Assembly (NCBI GenBank): GCA_951406725.2
Contig: OX597836.1
Coordinates: 496,001 to 560,000, forward strand
Direction of reading: 5' to 3'
Length of the DNA stretch: 64,000 bases
Source of the DNA: Octopus vulgaris
Lineage: Eukaryota
The translations under genes and the position numbers were made by a program. Below the pieces are notes generated by a model. That model was not told the origin of the DNA. It made no database searches and saw only the letters and a list, made by a program, of their open reading frames with translations. Shown piece after piece: positions 25,720 through 41,389 of this stretch (positions are counted from its first letter, which is position 1; the number at the start of each line of letters is the position of its first letter).

Positions 25720-26562
25720 ATATGACAAAACGCACGCATCCCTTTTAAGTAAGATTGTTCTTTATATCAAGTTTTGTTCTTGATATTAACTTTGATGCGC
25801 ACTCTTAACCTTTCTGTCCCACCCCTTTCTCAGCCTTCATTCCTTGATTTCCTTTTCCTCTACTTAACTTGTCTCTTCCTCTCTCTCATTCTTCACTCTC
25901 TCTCTCCCCCTCTCCATTCTTCATGGTTTCCTCGCAGCCATTCCCCTTCTTCTCTCCCTTTCTCTTGCTCCTCCTCCCCCCTCCCGTCGTTGACCCGCGA
26001 TGAGACTTCCGCTGCTGTCTTTCTGGCCTGGCCCTCTCAAGGTAATGGACGACAATTCTTTTTGCTCCACTCGTCGTTCATATAAAAAAATTCGCGTTCG
26101 CTATACTTTTTTTCGTTCGGCGTTAACAGCCCATCTTATCTTCTTTTTCCTTGTCCTGTCTTTTACTGTTTATAATTTGTACTGTCGTTACTGTCCTGTT
26201 TTTATTACCATTTTTTACCCCTCTGCGAAAAGATCTCAGAATTTTAATTGATTTGCTTTTCGCAGGAAGGAAAGTTTCTTGTTGAAGATACGTCTCGCTT
26301 TTATCCTTCGAAACGTAGAGTAGATGAAACCATAGCGACTGAAGAAGGGGTTTTTTCTTTGTGTTAATTGTCCTGTACTCTTTTTTTTTTTTTTTGTTTA
26401 AAAAATGTCCAGTTCTTTTGGTTTGTGTCTATGTTTTCGTTTCTCATTGTGTTCGACGTCCTTTTGGTGTCCTGTACTCATAGATGCGTGTATATGTACA
26501 TGTAGAGGTAGGTACGTACATATATGTTTATATATATGCATATGTTTTATTTTATTATTAAT
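25720..26562 (+). mobile_element. Penelope-like element 3' end / pseudo-LTR (left arm of a long inverted repeat)
   Basis: Starts with a GIY-YIG C-terminus-like remnant ([11 protein letters not shown]), then a pyrimidine-rich UTR and a ttcgaaacgt motif, ending in (TA)n. 26028-26562 is the reverse complement of 26918-27452. Confidence 0.6.
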
Positions 26563-26609
26563 ATATATATATATATGTATATATATATATGTATATATAC
26601 ATTATATAC

Positions 26610-26806
<197 letters not shown>

Positions 26807-26881
26807 TATATACATATATATATACATATATATACATATATATATACATATATATATACATATATATATATACATATATAC

Positions 26882-26917
<36 letters not shown>

Positions 26918-26922
<5 letters not shown>

Positions 26923-27452
26923 TAAATAAAATAAAACATATGCATATATATAAACATATATGTACGTACCTACCTCTACATGTACATATACACGCATCTA
27001 TGAGTACAGGACACCAAAAGGACGTCGAACACAATGAGAAACGAAAACATAGACATAAACCAAAGGAACTGGACATATATTTAAAAACAACAAAAAAATA
27101 GAATACAGGACAATTAACACAAAGAAAAAACCCCTTCTTCAGTCGCTAAAGCTTTCATCTACTCTACGTTTCGAAGGATAAAAGCGAGACGTATCTTTGA
27201 CAAGAAAACTTTCCTTCCTGCGAAAAGCAAATCAATTAAAATTCTGAGATCTTTTCGCAGAGGGGTAAAAAATGGTAATAAAAACAGGACAGTAACGACA
27301 GTACAAATTGTAAACAGTAGAAGACAGGACAAGGAAAAAGAAGATAAGAAGGGCTGTTGACGCTGAACGAAAAAAAGTATTACAAACGCAGAATTTTTTA
27401 TGGACGACGAGTGGAGGAAAAAGAGTGACGTCCATTACTTTGAAAGAGCCAG
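26918..27452 (-). mobile_element. Second copy of the same element, tail-to-tail with the first across a (TA)n/(TACA)n tract
   Basis: Near-identical peptides appear on opposite strands in the ORF track ([27 protein letters not shown]...; ...PVFITIFYPSAKRSQNFN). Confidence 0.85.
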
Positions 27453-27951
27453 TGCTCCATGTCTGGTCATGGTGAAATATTGCCTTTCTCGGAAACAAGT
27501 GAGATTTAGGCACTGGAAGCTTAGCCTGCTGTAGAAAATTTACCTCCATGAAACTCCATTTGGCCCATGTGAGCATGGGAAGGGGAACATTAACATGCAT
27601 AAAAACAATGATCACACACACACGTGCGTGCACACATGCAATATATAAAAGGATTCATTTAAATAACTATTGCACATGTGGCTCCATAACCGACCTGTTA
27701 TACTTTATATAATAAATATCCATCACTTCATTGGCAAATGAAATCTTAAATAAATGTTCTAAAGGAAGAAAACTATAGCGTTTGTTATCATAGGCTGACA
27801 CACGCAAAAAAAAAGAAAAAACTCCAAAATGAACAAAACTTATTCAATGAAAAAGTAGAATAAAAAAATAGAGCCCATGATAAACATGGACAATGATTAT
27901 AATGTCAAGAAAAAAAAGGAAAGTGATATGAAGAATGTATAATATATTAAT

Positions 27952-27999
<48 letters not shown>

Positions 28000-28480
28000 G
28001 TGCATATACAGATACAGTCAAACATACACATATATATACATATACCCCCCCCATATATATATATATATATATACATACACACACATATATATGTGTATAC
28101 ATATATATATATATACATACAATATACATAGACACATACATGCATTTATGATAAATTTCCATAAAAGTTACAATATGTGTTTGCTTGTGTGTCGATTTAC
28201 ATACATATATACATACATACACACACACATACATACATACATAATTTGTATGTGTGTGTGTGTGTGTGTCTGTGTGTGTATGTGTGGATACATGCACGTG
28301 TATATGTTTCTACATACAATAGTGATTAATTGGCATTTGTCTGAAAATCCATCCATCAAAAACAAAACATACAATAGTAGCAGAGAAAGATGTAAACTGG
28401 AAAATTAACACAGAAATAACAACAACAGAAATATATGGAAGAGATGAAATAAACTGACAAGATGAGTTACTAATTCCTAC

Positions 28481-28550
28481 CTGGAATTCAACAAAAGCTA
28501 CAGGAGAACCTCCTTTGTTATGCATCCGTAATCGACAGAACCCAGGGAAG
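28481..28550 (-). CDS. cpo: Internal coding exon of a couch potato/MEC-8 (RBPMS-family) gene; middle of the second RRM including RNP1
   Basis: Minus strand reads tcaatttcAG|c ttc cct ggg...gaa ttc cag|GTagga. The exon is 70 nt with a phase-2 start and translates (S)FPGFCRLRMHNKGGSPVAFVEFQ. This matches the RRM2 of MEC-8/couch potato proteins (F.GF.RLR.H.K.GS.VAFVE) from recalled family knowledge. Confidence 0.93.
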
Positions 28551-29379
28551 CTGAAATTGATATACAAGACTTTAAAAAACGGGAGGCAAAAGATGGAGAA
28601 AACATATTTGTTAATATCACATGCATTAAAAAGAAGAAAATAATAATAATAATAATGATGATAATAATAATAACTGGTACAGCAAGTATAACATTTATAA
28701 ATATTGAGATATCTATAAATGGTGTAGTTTGCTCATAAAAAAGTTTATTAATAGACAATGGTACATTATTCTGGTGGTGTACATGTGTACACACACACAC
28801 ACACATGTATATATACATACATTTACATATATACATACATCTACATGTATATATACAAGTATAAACATATACACATATATCACAAGTGCGCATGCACACA
28901 CACAAACACAAAATACATACATACATACATGCATACAGCCATCGGGATTAGAAGATAAGAGTGAAGGGTGACCGTGCACAGGATGGAGGAGGCAGCTGAA
29001 AGAGTGTTTTGCTGGTTATGGAGCATGAGCGAGGAGGTAAGCTGGAAACCAGGAGGATATGAGGAGCAGGGATTTGGCCAATCTCAGGGTGTAACGGCTC
29101 AGAGTTGAAACTCCTGATGATCATTGGATACTGTCAACGTAATTAAATACAACCACTAACAGCATGCTCCAGTTAATCTGAATGAATGAAACATTACTTA
29201 TGTAATGAGTTCCATTCTTACACGATCTGATAAAGATGCCTCTGCACCATGGCATGCACCCAAATTAATTGTATAATGTTCCACCCATGAGAGAGTGATG
29301 CAGAATGTGTCAAAATGGTCATTGTGATCAATAAAGTTTCCCGTATATTCCATTTTCCATTTCTAACCTTTCTATAATA

Positions 29380-29416
<37 letters not shown>

Positions 29417-29431
29417 ATATATACATATATA

Positions 29432-29630
29432 ACATCATCATCATCATCGTTTAACGTCCGCTTTCCATGCTAGCATGGGTCGGATGATTTTGACCGAGGA
29501 CTGGCGAACTAGATGGCTGCACCAGGCTCCAATCTGATCTGGCAGAGTTTCTACAGCTGGATGCCCTTCCTAACGCCAACCACTCCGAGAGTGTAGTGCG
29601 TGCTTTTACATGCCACCGGCACGAGGGCCA
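29432..29630 (-). mobile_element. RTE-associated 3' tail element, minus orientation
   Basis: catcatcatcgtttaacgtccgctttccatgctagcatggg... is the reverse complement of the tail at 18810-18998. Confidence 0.85.
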
Positions 29631-29767
29631 GTGGTAAGTAGCTTGCTTTCCAACCACATGGTTGCAAATTCAGTTCCACTGCATGGCAGCTTGGACAAGT
29701 ATCTTCAACTCAGCCCAAAGCCTTGTGAGTGAATTTGGTAGATGGAAACTGAAAGAAGCCTGTCGTA

Positions 29768-29798
<31 letters not shown>

Positions 29799-29799
29799 G

Positions 29800-30200
29800 T
29801 AAAAAAATAAAAAATGGGATAAGAACACAAAACATCCAGACAGTTAGGTGATTCAAAAAAAGGGGATAACAAAACATCCAAACAGACGATACAAAGAAAA
29901 CAAGGACGGGTCATTCGGAGTTTTCTTTCCTCAGTCGAGTTCCAGATTATCGTTGCAATTTCGGTTGGTTATACTCAAGATTGCTCCAATCTGTCCAGCC
30001 CCAATGAAAAACGAAGCTAAGAGCACTAGATACCTTGGAAGAAAGCAGCGAATGCATATGAAAACAAGAACGGAAAAAAATGGATAAATGGTACAAAATA
30101 CAATAACAGGACATATCCAATGGGTAGCTTTCGACTGAGAATGAATGAGATGAAGCTGGTGTGTGTGGAAGTGAAGACGCCTTACAGCAGGGACTTCAGA
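29800..30200 (-). mobile_element. Probable Penelope-like pseudo-LTR fragment inserted in the microsatellite of a SINE
   Basis: It interrupts a SINE (head 29630-29765, tail 30250-30440) at its (TA)n. Strand composition and the CGAAA...CGACTGAGGAA layout resemble the 26 kb element. Confidence 0.45.
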
Positions 30201-30526
30201 TTTGACAGGCACAAAGAGGTGTCTTGGTGTATGTACTTGTCCCATCACTATCATTTGATAACCGATGTGGGTATGTTTACGTCCCCATTACTTAATGCTT
30301 CAGCACAAGCAACCAATAGAATAAGTACTAGGCTTACAAGGAAAGTCCTGGGGTCGATTTCTTCAGCTACAAAACCCTTTAAGGCACTGCCCCAGCATGG
30401 CTACAGTCAAATGACTGAAACAAGTAAAAAAATAAAAGAATATATATGAAAAATATGTATGTGTGTGTATATATATATATATATATATGTATATGTACAT
30501 ATTAATATACATATTTATATGTACAT

Positions 30527-30568
<42 letters not shown>

Positions 30569-30787
30569 TTATATATACATACATATGTATATATACATAT
30601 ATATATGTATATATACATACACATATATATACATATACATATATATACATACACATATATATACATATATATATATATATTTATACATATATATACATAT
30701 ATACATACACATATATATACATGCATATATATATACATGCATATATATATATATATATATTTATACATATATATATATATACATGCA

Positions 30788-30819
<32 letters not shown>

Positions 30820-31002
30820 CATACATATATATAATACATACATATATATATATATATACATAGTACGTTTAAATATTTGTTGTGCAAGATTTTTTATGTG
30901 AAGTCGTGTGTTGAAACAGATATTGTTATATTTCGGAATATTTATTGGCTAAACTCGCAAAATGACCATACCGAAATATAACAATATATATACATACATA
31001 TA

Positions 31003-31114
<112 letters not shown>

Positions 31115-31178
31115 CATACATATATATACACATACATATATATACATATATATATATATACATACATATATATATATG

Positions 31179-31223
<45 letters not shown>

Positions 31224-31254
31224 GCATACATATATATAAACATGCGTACATATA

Positions 31255-32455
31255 TACGGCAGTGAAATATGGGCCATGACCGCTGAGGACATGCGTAAGC
31301 TCGCGAGGAATGAAGCCAGTATGCTCCGATGGAAGTGTAATGTCAGTGTGCATACTCGACAGAGTGTTAGTACCTTGAGAGAAATGTTGGATCTAAGAAG
31401 CATCAGCTGTGGTGTGCAAGAGAGACGATTGCGCTGGTATGGTCATGTGGCGAGAATGGATGAAGATAGGTGTGTGAAAAAGTGCCAATCCCTAGCAGTT
31501 GAGGGAACCCGTGGAAGAGGTAGACTCAGGAAAACCTGGGACGAGGTGGTGAAGCATGATCTTTGAACTTTAGGCCTCACTGAGGCAATGATCAGCGACT
31601 GAGACCTTTGGAAATATGCTGTGCTTGAGAAGACCCAGCAGGACAAGTAAGTCCAGCCCACTTCAGCATGTCTTTGCTCCCTTGCACACACAAAGACCTG
31701 TTGAAGCAAGCAAAGTCTAAATCAAACCTCATCCGATGACAGGCACCCATGCCAACCTCACTTCATTGGACACAAAACTCTGCTTATGAAGACCTGTTGA
31801 GGCAAGTGAAATTGAAATCGGAATCGAAATTGAACCAATCCTATGACTGGCACCCGGCAGTTACCAGGACCGCTGGACTGACTCCTGTGCAGGTGGCAAG
31901 TGAAGAAACACCATTTCGACCCTGTACTTGAGGAGATCCATTGAGTCAAGTACACCGACATCAAAATCAATGGAAACTGCAGTTGTGATCCCTGTGCTGG
32001 TGGCACGTAAAGAGCACTATCCGAATCGTGGCCGATGCCAGCGTCGCCTTGACTGGCTTCCGAGCTGGTGGCACGTAAAAAGCACCATCTGAACGTGGCC
32101 AATGCCAGCACCGTCTAGACTGGCTTCTGTGCCGATGGCATGTAAAAAGAGCTATCAGAATCATGGCCGATGCCAGTGCCGCCTTGACTGGCTTCCGTGC
32201 TGGTGGCACGTAAAAAGCACCAATCTGATCATGGTCGTTGCCAGTCTCACCTGGCACCAGTGCAGGTGGCACGTAAAAAGCACCCACTACACTCATGGAG
32301 TGGTTGACGTTAGGAAGGGCATCCAGCTGTAGAAACACTGCCAGATCAGACCGGAGCCTGGTGCAGCCTTCTGGCTTCCCAGATCCCCGGTCAAACTGTC
32401 CAACCCATGCTAGCATGGAGAACGGACGTTAAATGATGATGATGATGATGATGAT
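31255..32455 (+). mobile_element. RTE LINE 3' end plus tail with about five ~60-bp subrepeats and (GAT)n
   Basis: Translates [17 protein letters not shown]...[11 protein letters not shown]...GRGRLRKTWDEVVK; contains repeated ggtggcacgtaaaaagcac. Confidence 0.92.
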
Positions 32456-33904
32456 ATATATATGTATATATACATACATATGTATTTATGTATGTATACA
32501 TGTTTAAGAATTTGGTTTGCGAGATTCCTGATGTAAAACTGTGTGTTGAAACAGATATTGTTATATTTCGGGATGGTCATTTCTTTTGGGTTTTTTTTGG
32601 CCAAATATGCATGTTCTATATATTTGTTCTTCACTCGTTTACTACTCTTCTTATTTTATCGTATATGTCCATTGTCTGGAAACAACAACAACAACATGAA
32701 CGACAACAAAAACAACAACTACAATGGCACCAGAAACATGAACGGACACACAAACACAGAAAGACACAAGAGAAATATCAAAATCCTTTGATATTGGGCT
32801 GGTTCTTGTGTCTGTCCATTGAAGTCATGCCAGCATGGAAAAAGGGAGTTCAATGATAAGGAGGAGGATGAGCATACTTACGCATACACACACATGTATA
32901 TATCATATATATATATATTCACATATACATACATATATATAAACACATACACAGACACACATGAAGGTAAAAAAATACACACACACATACATAAACTGTC
33001 ACTAATCCAAACAAGTAGTCGTATAGAAAAGAAGTCGAAAATGCAGAGGGAATAAATGAGAATTTATTTAAATTTTAGAATATATTTACATACACCTAAG
33101 TCTTTTGGCATTCGCTCATTTTAAAATGTGTTATGTGTAGTTGTGATGCAAACTGTATCTTTTCTGGCTGTGGTTCTAAAAATCATTTGTTTTTATAGAC
33201 AGAATGTGACTCAGACCACTGTCAGTGCACAAAAGAATTGGTCGAAAATGGTCACAGGGTGAGGTTTGGGGATTTTGGTTTCGTCCTCTGCTAAAGTCAT
33301 GTGACTGCCACACAAGAAAGTTACATCAAAGTTCCACTTATTACATTTTTAAAAATCAACGAATGTAAAACCAATTAAGTGTGTGTGTGTGTGTGTGTGT
33401 GTGTACTTTAAAATTTAAAATTTCTTATACACGCACACACACACATGCATACATGCATGTGTGTATGTGTGTATTTGTGAGTATAATCAGTGATAATTTT
33501 ATGTTAAATTATTACATTTATAAACAATAACCAGAAAGGAAAAAAACTGACGAATTCCCTGATGTTTTGCTCTGAGTTTCTCAATAAGCCATAAAAAGAG
33601 AAAGAAATGAGGAGCCGTTTCTGTTGGCTTCCCAGTCGTTTTCTCAGTCTGAAATTGTTGTTTACAAATATAATTCATATGCATGATTGTATGTTGATAT
33701 AGGTGAGGATGTATATATTGTACATGTACATGAATGAATGTGTGTGTGTGTGTGTGTGTGTGAGTGTGAGTGAGTGAGTGTATAAGTAACAAAAATAGAA
33801 AAGACACAAATAAATGAAGAGTTGTGAAATGCATATTAAATGGAAGAAACAATATAAAGAGAGAGGGAGAGAGAGAGAGAAAGAGAGAGGGAGAGAGAGA
33901 GAGG

Positions 33905-33946
<42 letters not shown>

Positions 33947-34059
33947 AAAGAAAATAATTGCAAATGACAACAAAAATTTCAAAGAATTGTTTAAAATTGT
34001 GAAGCAAACTTATTTCTATTTTCAATAATGAAAAAATTTTTTATTATTATCAAAAAAAA

Positions 34060-34490
34060 AAAGAAATCTGGGGACAGTGCAGTCTGAGGACATGTACTGA
34101 GAGTGATAGAAATGAAATATCCAGTCAACATCATGGATTTTGGAATGATCTCTAGTGATGGCGACGTTATGCCTCTATTCACCTTCCCACATGGCCCCAG
34201 ACTCAACACGGAGGCCTACATCAAAAGCCTGGGGGAGGTAGTGCTGCCCTGGGTGAAAAGGATGACTGCTGGAATATCCTATATCTGGCAACAGGACTCT
34301 GCACTATGTCACACAAGCAGGAGAACCCCAGCTGTGGCTGTCACCTCTAACATCTGGCCAATAACTCTGCACACTGCAACCTTCTTGATTATTATGTGTG
34401 GGGAGCAGTTGAGTGAGAGATCAACAAAATTCTTGTAACACCAAAAGATGAACTGAAGGCAAGGGTTATGGTAGCATTGTTTCAGCTTCA
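34060..34490 (+). mobile_element. Tc1/mariner superfamily (maT/DD37D-like) transposase fragment
   Basis: Translates KYPVNIMDFGMISSDGDVMPLFTFPHG.RLNTEAYIK.L.EVVLPW...YIWQQDSA.CHTS...IWP. Confidence 0.8.
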
Positions 34491-35115
34491 AAGCTGCAAT
34501 TAAGCTGAGGCACCATCATTGACTGTGCTACACCATTATTTGAAACCTCCTCTGATATGTGGCATTTGGGGAATGAGGGAGTTTGATGCCGCTGCCCTCA
34601 TCTGTGTTTCTTGCCATGAGGTAGGCTCATCTGGAACCTTTGACATGAGATCCAGTTTTGTTTTGAAGACATCCACATCCACACCATGCTGGTCGCTCAG
34701 GCATTTTGAAAAGATATTGAAGAGCTATGGGCCCTTTGAAACCCAAGCTGTTGCAGTATCTGGTCCTGAATTTTGATGAAGATGCTGGGATCTTTAGCAC
34801 TATGGTGTGGCACTTTTCTGCTGTTTGGTACCTTCCAGGATTTTCCAGATGTATATCACTGCATATCTTATATATGCATATATATATATATATATATAAA
34901 ATACACACATAATATATATATGTGTATATATATATATGTATATAAAATACACCTATTATGTATATATACAAAATACATACATTTTGTATGTATGTATGTA
35001 TATATATATATATATATACATACACAATATATACATTATGTATATATTCTCAAAAATGCATGCATACAAATATTTGTACATATTCAATATTTATACATAT
35101 AAATACATTAATGTA

Positions 35116-35168
<53 letters not shown>

Positions 35169-35329
35169 ATCTATATATATATATATATATGTATGTATCA
35201 CTGTTCCAGAACTTATCTCTTCTGGTTCAATTCTTCACACTATTATATCCAATGTAACCACACTCCAAATCTCCACCATCTGCTTCACAAACCAGACAAT
35301 CTAGTCTTATTGTCTCTGTAACTGTCTCA

Positions 35330-36960
35330 TGGAATTTATGCCATCATACTATGACAGACTATTATTAACTCTTGTTGCTGCCTTACCCTCACACCTTAAA
35401 TACACCAACCATGTCCTAGATTTCATTAACCTGTTCTCTCTTTTTTTTGTAGAGAGTCTAAACTTCTTTTCACTATAGACTCAAATCCCTGTACACCACT
35501 ATCATATCTGATAACGATGGCCTACTAGCCCTTAAACACTACTACATGCCTTCACCTGGCTGAGATCATCCTAATCCTTAACTGTTTATCCTTTTCTTGA
35601 GAATTTTAACAAGAAGTCAGTAATGTCACAATAGGAACTAAGATAAGACCCAATTATGTGAACTTCTTTGAAGGCCATACTAAAGAGAAAATCTTTGCTT
35701 GGTTCCTCAGACCCAACTAAGATCTGTATGGTCACTATGAGGACAACAGACAATAGCAAAACAACATTTTTGTTAATGCCCTTCACCATGCCTGGGAATT
35801 TACTTCCGTTGTATTTGACGCTTTTGTTAGTTTTCTCCATCACCATAAACGATATTCACCTCTCCACCTCTGTCCACTACAAACCTCCTGACTCTCATTT
35901 TTATCTCCACTACTCTCCTTCAAGTCCCAAACATTTTAAATTTGTCTTTCTCTCAATCACCTCTCCATTACCACCTCTGCAACACTGATTTAGATTTCAA
36001 ATCCTAATGCCAAAGAAAGCAAGAATTTTCACTGAACCAAGGGTACCCTTGATCAGTTGTGGACCCTGCACTCTACCAGACTCAGGCCATCAACTGCACA
36101 ACCACTCTCCTACCATCTTTATGCATCTCTACAGACTCGGTTCCACTTGTCTCTCCCCTCATTGAAGAATAAATTCATCCACAGCTTCTCTATTCTGTTT
36201 TCTAGCCTCACAACCATTCCAGTCTTTCTCTGCACCACCTCTCCTCAACTTTAAACATGATAAGCCCCATAGCACCTGGCTCCACACAACCAGGCAGTTT
36301 TAAATGCACTTTCTGATGATGCAACACCTGCCCCTAACTTCACCATACTACTACCATCACTGGACCTAAGGCACAATGTCATGTTACACAGAACTTCTGC
36401 TACACATCGTTTAATCTGATAGATTTCCTTTCATGCAAACTTTGCTGCATCCTTTACATAGGGGAAACAAACTGGCACCTTGCTGATTGCTTTTAGGCGC
36501 ATATTTGAAGCATACTACTAGGTAAGCCAGGCCAACCTGTTACTGACCACCACTACAGGTCATTCTGTCGCTCACTTATCAGTGTGTGGCACCACCACAT
36601 TCAATAGATCCACAGTATCAAGGAAACGGAAATAACAATGTTTCATATTTGAACTTGGTACCAAATCACAGACAGGTTTAAATGAACGTTTTGCCTTCTA
36701 TTCTTGCACAGGGTCTTAGTTCATTAAACCCTTTCTTATCTTTCCCCTTCAACTCACTCTCAACTTCTCATCCCTCTTCCTTCTCACACTGTTTATCCTG
36801 TCTCATCTTCACTTCTGAAGCTCATGCAATCCTGCATTCCTTATCAGTTGCAGACACTTTTAAAAAAATCTTATCTCCCATTCATTTTTCTACCTTCAAC
36901 TGTTCCCTGAAGAAGGCTCTCTATGCAAGATGTGGAATTTCCAACTCTTCAGGGCAGGTT
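35330..36960 (+). mobile_element. Degenerate Penelope-like retroelement (RT thumb, GIY-YIG endonuclease, 3' region)
   Basis: TSVHYKPPDSHFYLHYS (KPT...YL motif); CKLC..LYIGET (GIY-YIG) near 36435-36470; IFELGT...GLNERF end near 36650-36690; a CTGAAGAAGG motif at 36907. Confidence 0.8.
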
Positions 36961-37651
36961 CACTATACTCTTTTTATTGATTTTACAAGATAATACAGGT
37001 CTTGCCAGCACAGATCAACACCAGCCACCTTGGGTAACCATGTATCTCCTCTACAGCAGGACACCCGTTTCTGCCTCATTCTTGATCACTCTCTCCCTCC
37101 CTGCCTCACTGGCTGAGTAACCATCTACCTCCTCTACAGCAAAATACCTGTTTCTGCCTCTCTGCCTCTTTGTCACACTCTAACCTTTCACAACCTGGTA
37201 CAAGGTCATCTCCTCCAATGACCCCCTCTCAACATTCCTTGTCCTGCAAGTTACTTGGTCACCCTGCTAGTGCTGGTGTCACATAAAATGCATTAAGTCC
37301 ACACTGTGATGTGGGTGGCATTTGAAAGGGCATCTACCCACAAAAAAACCAAGCCAAAACAGACACAGATGTCTGGTGCAGTCTTCTGCCTGGGCAGCTC
37401 CTGTCAAACCATCCAACCCAGGCCAGCATACAGGGAGAATGTTAAATGATGATGATGGTGATGATGATGATGACAATTATATATATATATATATATATTA
37501 TGTACACACACATACACACACACACCATTTTCCTCTCTTTACACACACTCACACACATGTACGCACACTTATATACTCTTACATATAAGCACATGTACAA
37601 GGCTGTGTATATATGTTAGTAAAATATGTATGCAGACATATATGCATGCGC

Positions 37652-37685
<34 letters not shown>

Positions 37686-37909
37686 ATTAACGCAGAATTT
37701 ATAACACCTGTAACAATTTAAAAACTGAAAACACATACAAACATGTAGCATACCTACACATAAAAAAAAGCTGTATAACATAGATATATACATAATGTAA
37801 AGAAACATTAAAATGTAATTTTGTCGCAATTTAGGATATTTGCACTAACAGCAGCCATAAACATTACACATGCTGAAACAAATACTTTTAATATACAAAA
37901 ACTCCCATA

Positions 37910-37947
<38 letters not shown>

Positions 37948-38011
37948 CAGACACCCACACATTATACTTGTTTTTTCATGTTATACATACATATATATAT
38001 ATATATATATG

Positions 38012-38064
<53 letters not shown>

Positions 38065-38088
38065 GTATACACACACATACATGCATAC

Positions 38089-38125
<37 letters not shown>

Positions 38126-40058
38126 ATATATATATTTATAAATATATACAATCTTATTCTACATGTGTCTGTATGTGAGTGTGTGTCTTTGTGTGAGAAT
38201 GTTTGTTCATTTGTTTTGTGTCTGTTTTTCTATGCTAGCATGGGTTAGAAGATTATATTATGGAGGCATTGTTCTACAGCTAAATATCTTTTCTGTCACT
38301 CACTCTAACCCTTATGGTTTCAAAGGAATTCTTATTGAAGACATGAAAGCTGCAAAGGGATCAAATGATCTGTAGACAGGTCAAGTGAGGACAACAATAC
38401 CACTTGTAGCAAAACACTTTTGTAAAGCTGAAATGCAAACAAACTCACAGATGTGCACATGCATACATGTAATGGGTTTCTTTGGCTAACAAGTCTTTAG
38501 TTGACCTTGGGCTATAGTAGAGATACACCTACTTTTCAATGGGACATGAATCTACCACAGGTAAAACTTTCAGATAGACTGGTATTTATTCCCTGACCAA
38601 GTGAAGATGAACTGAGAATTGTCATGCCTCAGGAGCATTACAAAATAAGAGCGATGAACGGACAAGGGAGCACTTATATGGTTGCCCAACCTGTTAAAAG
38701 CAACAGTATCTTTTTTTAAATAAAGCCTACCATTTAAAAAAATATGAAGGTACATGTTAGACAATGTTATCTGAAATAAGAGAAATGCTGGAATGGTTAG
38801 GATTGGAACATCTTTAGTCACATGTCTGTCAGACATTGAAATAATTGGGGCTAAAAAGCAACACAACAACAACAAAGAACTGAATACCATGTCCACAAAA
38901 ACTATTCCAAGTCTATAAAAAGACACTCAATGTACAAATTAGAGATTACATGGTTAGATTAGTAAATTGATAGAGACAAAAGAGGGGAACACACTGGATT
39001 ACATAACCATGGTAACAATAAGTTAATATAAACAGGAAAATTTAATATAAAGAAAATGAAATAATGAGGAAACACAAGAGAAAAGAACAACAACAGCAAT
39101 AGAAAAAGACATTCTGTAGACCAATTAAGTTTGTCTTGTCCATGCAGTGTTTGAATTTCACATACAATGTGGCAAAAAGGAAGAAATAATAAAGAAAATG
39201 TTTGGCAGCATGCACAATGAAACAACCAAGAAACAGTTGACGAATAAAGAACTAAATTTGCATGCACACACAGAAACCTGCATACAAACACATTATATAT
39301 GTATAAACATATATACACACACACACATATATGTGTGTGTGTATATATATATATATACACACATACATACATACATACATATACATACATACACACATAT
39401 ATTCATATATATATTTATGTATATATATACATACATACATACACATACACACACATATATATTCATATATATATGTATATATATATATACACATATATAT
39501 ATATATACATATATACATATATATAAATGCATATATATATATTGTATAAATACATATATATATAAATACATATATATATATATAAATACATATATAAATA
39601 CATATATATATATATATAAATACATATATGTATATATATATATATACATACCTACATATATACATACATGCACTCACACATACATATATACATATGTACA
39701 TACATACTTACATATGTATGCATACATATATATACACATACATATATGTATATATTTTTATGCATATATATATCTCACATTGTTATTATGTTAAACTGTC
39801 GTATGTCCAAAATTGGCCGGATGCGTATTTTTCTTCCATATTTATTTTTGCTTGCAACAGCCAGTTCTTTTGGTCAAACGATTGTATCTGCAGCTGCTTC
39901 AGATGCCAAGAATATCAAACATTGTCAAAGTGTAGTAGAACGGTTTTGTTATGGAATGGTGAAATAATTTTTTTGTTTTCTGAAAAAGTAACATTTTGGA
40001 CTTGTGACACTTGTGCATAATAGCAATGATATATACATACATACATGCATATATATAT

Positions 40059-40090
<32 letters not shown>

Positions 40091-40227
40091 ACCTACATAT
40101 ATATACATATACACACACACATATATATATATATATACACATTCACAGATAAATATACAGATAAATATATATGTATAAATATGTGTACATATATATATAT
40201 ATATATAAACATATATATATAACCATA

Positions 40228-40273
<46 letters not shown>

Positions 40274-40425
40274 TACATATGGGATCAGGTCAAGGAGGTT
40301 CCCACCTAGGATCAAAGGACTCAAAACTTTCTCTTTTTAAAGGTCTGATGAACTGTCCATGGGCAAGCCCCTTTATGGATATGAAATCATTTGCCACTCT
40401 ATGACTGGACATGTACTTAAACTGC

Positions 40426-40880
<455 letters not shown>

Positions 40881-41152
40881 CACACACACACACACATATA
40901 GCTAAACATAGATATATATACACACATACTCATATCTCCATGCATAGTTGAGTGGTAAGAAGATTCTTTCCCAATCACATAACTGAATGTTCAGTCACAC
41001 TGCATGGCACCTTGGGCAGGTATCTTCCACTATAACCCCGAACCAACTAAGGCCTTGTGAATAGATTTTGGTAGATGGAAACTGAAAGAAGCCTGTGCTC
41101 TCTCTGTATATATATCTATACAATACATGTGTGTGTGTGCATGCATGTGCAC

Positions 41153-41186
<34 letters not shown>

Positions 41187-41187
41187 G

Positions 41188-41268
<81 letters not shown>

Positions 41269-41324
41269 ATATATATATATATATATACATATGCATGTAT
41301 ATATATATATATATATACATATGC

Positions 41325-41373
<49 letters not shown>

Positions 41374-41389
41374 TATGCATATCTATATA

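Noticed and set aside
30924-30983. tgttatatttcgg...ccgaaatataaca hairpin as a ribozyme
   Set aside because: Only a GAAA-side half is visible with no CUGANGA. It is treated as a small inverted fragment of a repeat also seen near 32500-32600.
33199-33258. 60-nt plus-strand exon-like segment (ttttatAG...cagg|GTgagg)
   Set aside because: Splice-like signals are present but there is no recognisable peptide or partner exons, and such matches are expected by chance in 64 kb.
36905-36955. CTGAAGAAGG after the Penelope ORF as a complete hammerhead
   Set aside because: The core word is present but no stem II-GAAA follows; it is instead part of a short ccctgaaga/tcttcaggg inverted repeat.
39868-39967. 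Plus-strand acceptor-like site and short ORF ([15 protein letters not shown]...)
   Set aside because: No recognisable homology and a weak donor, so it cannot be supported.
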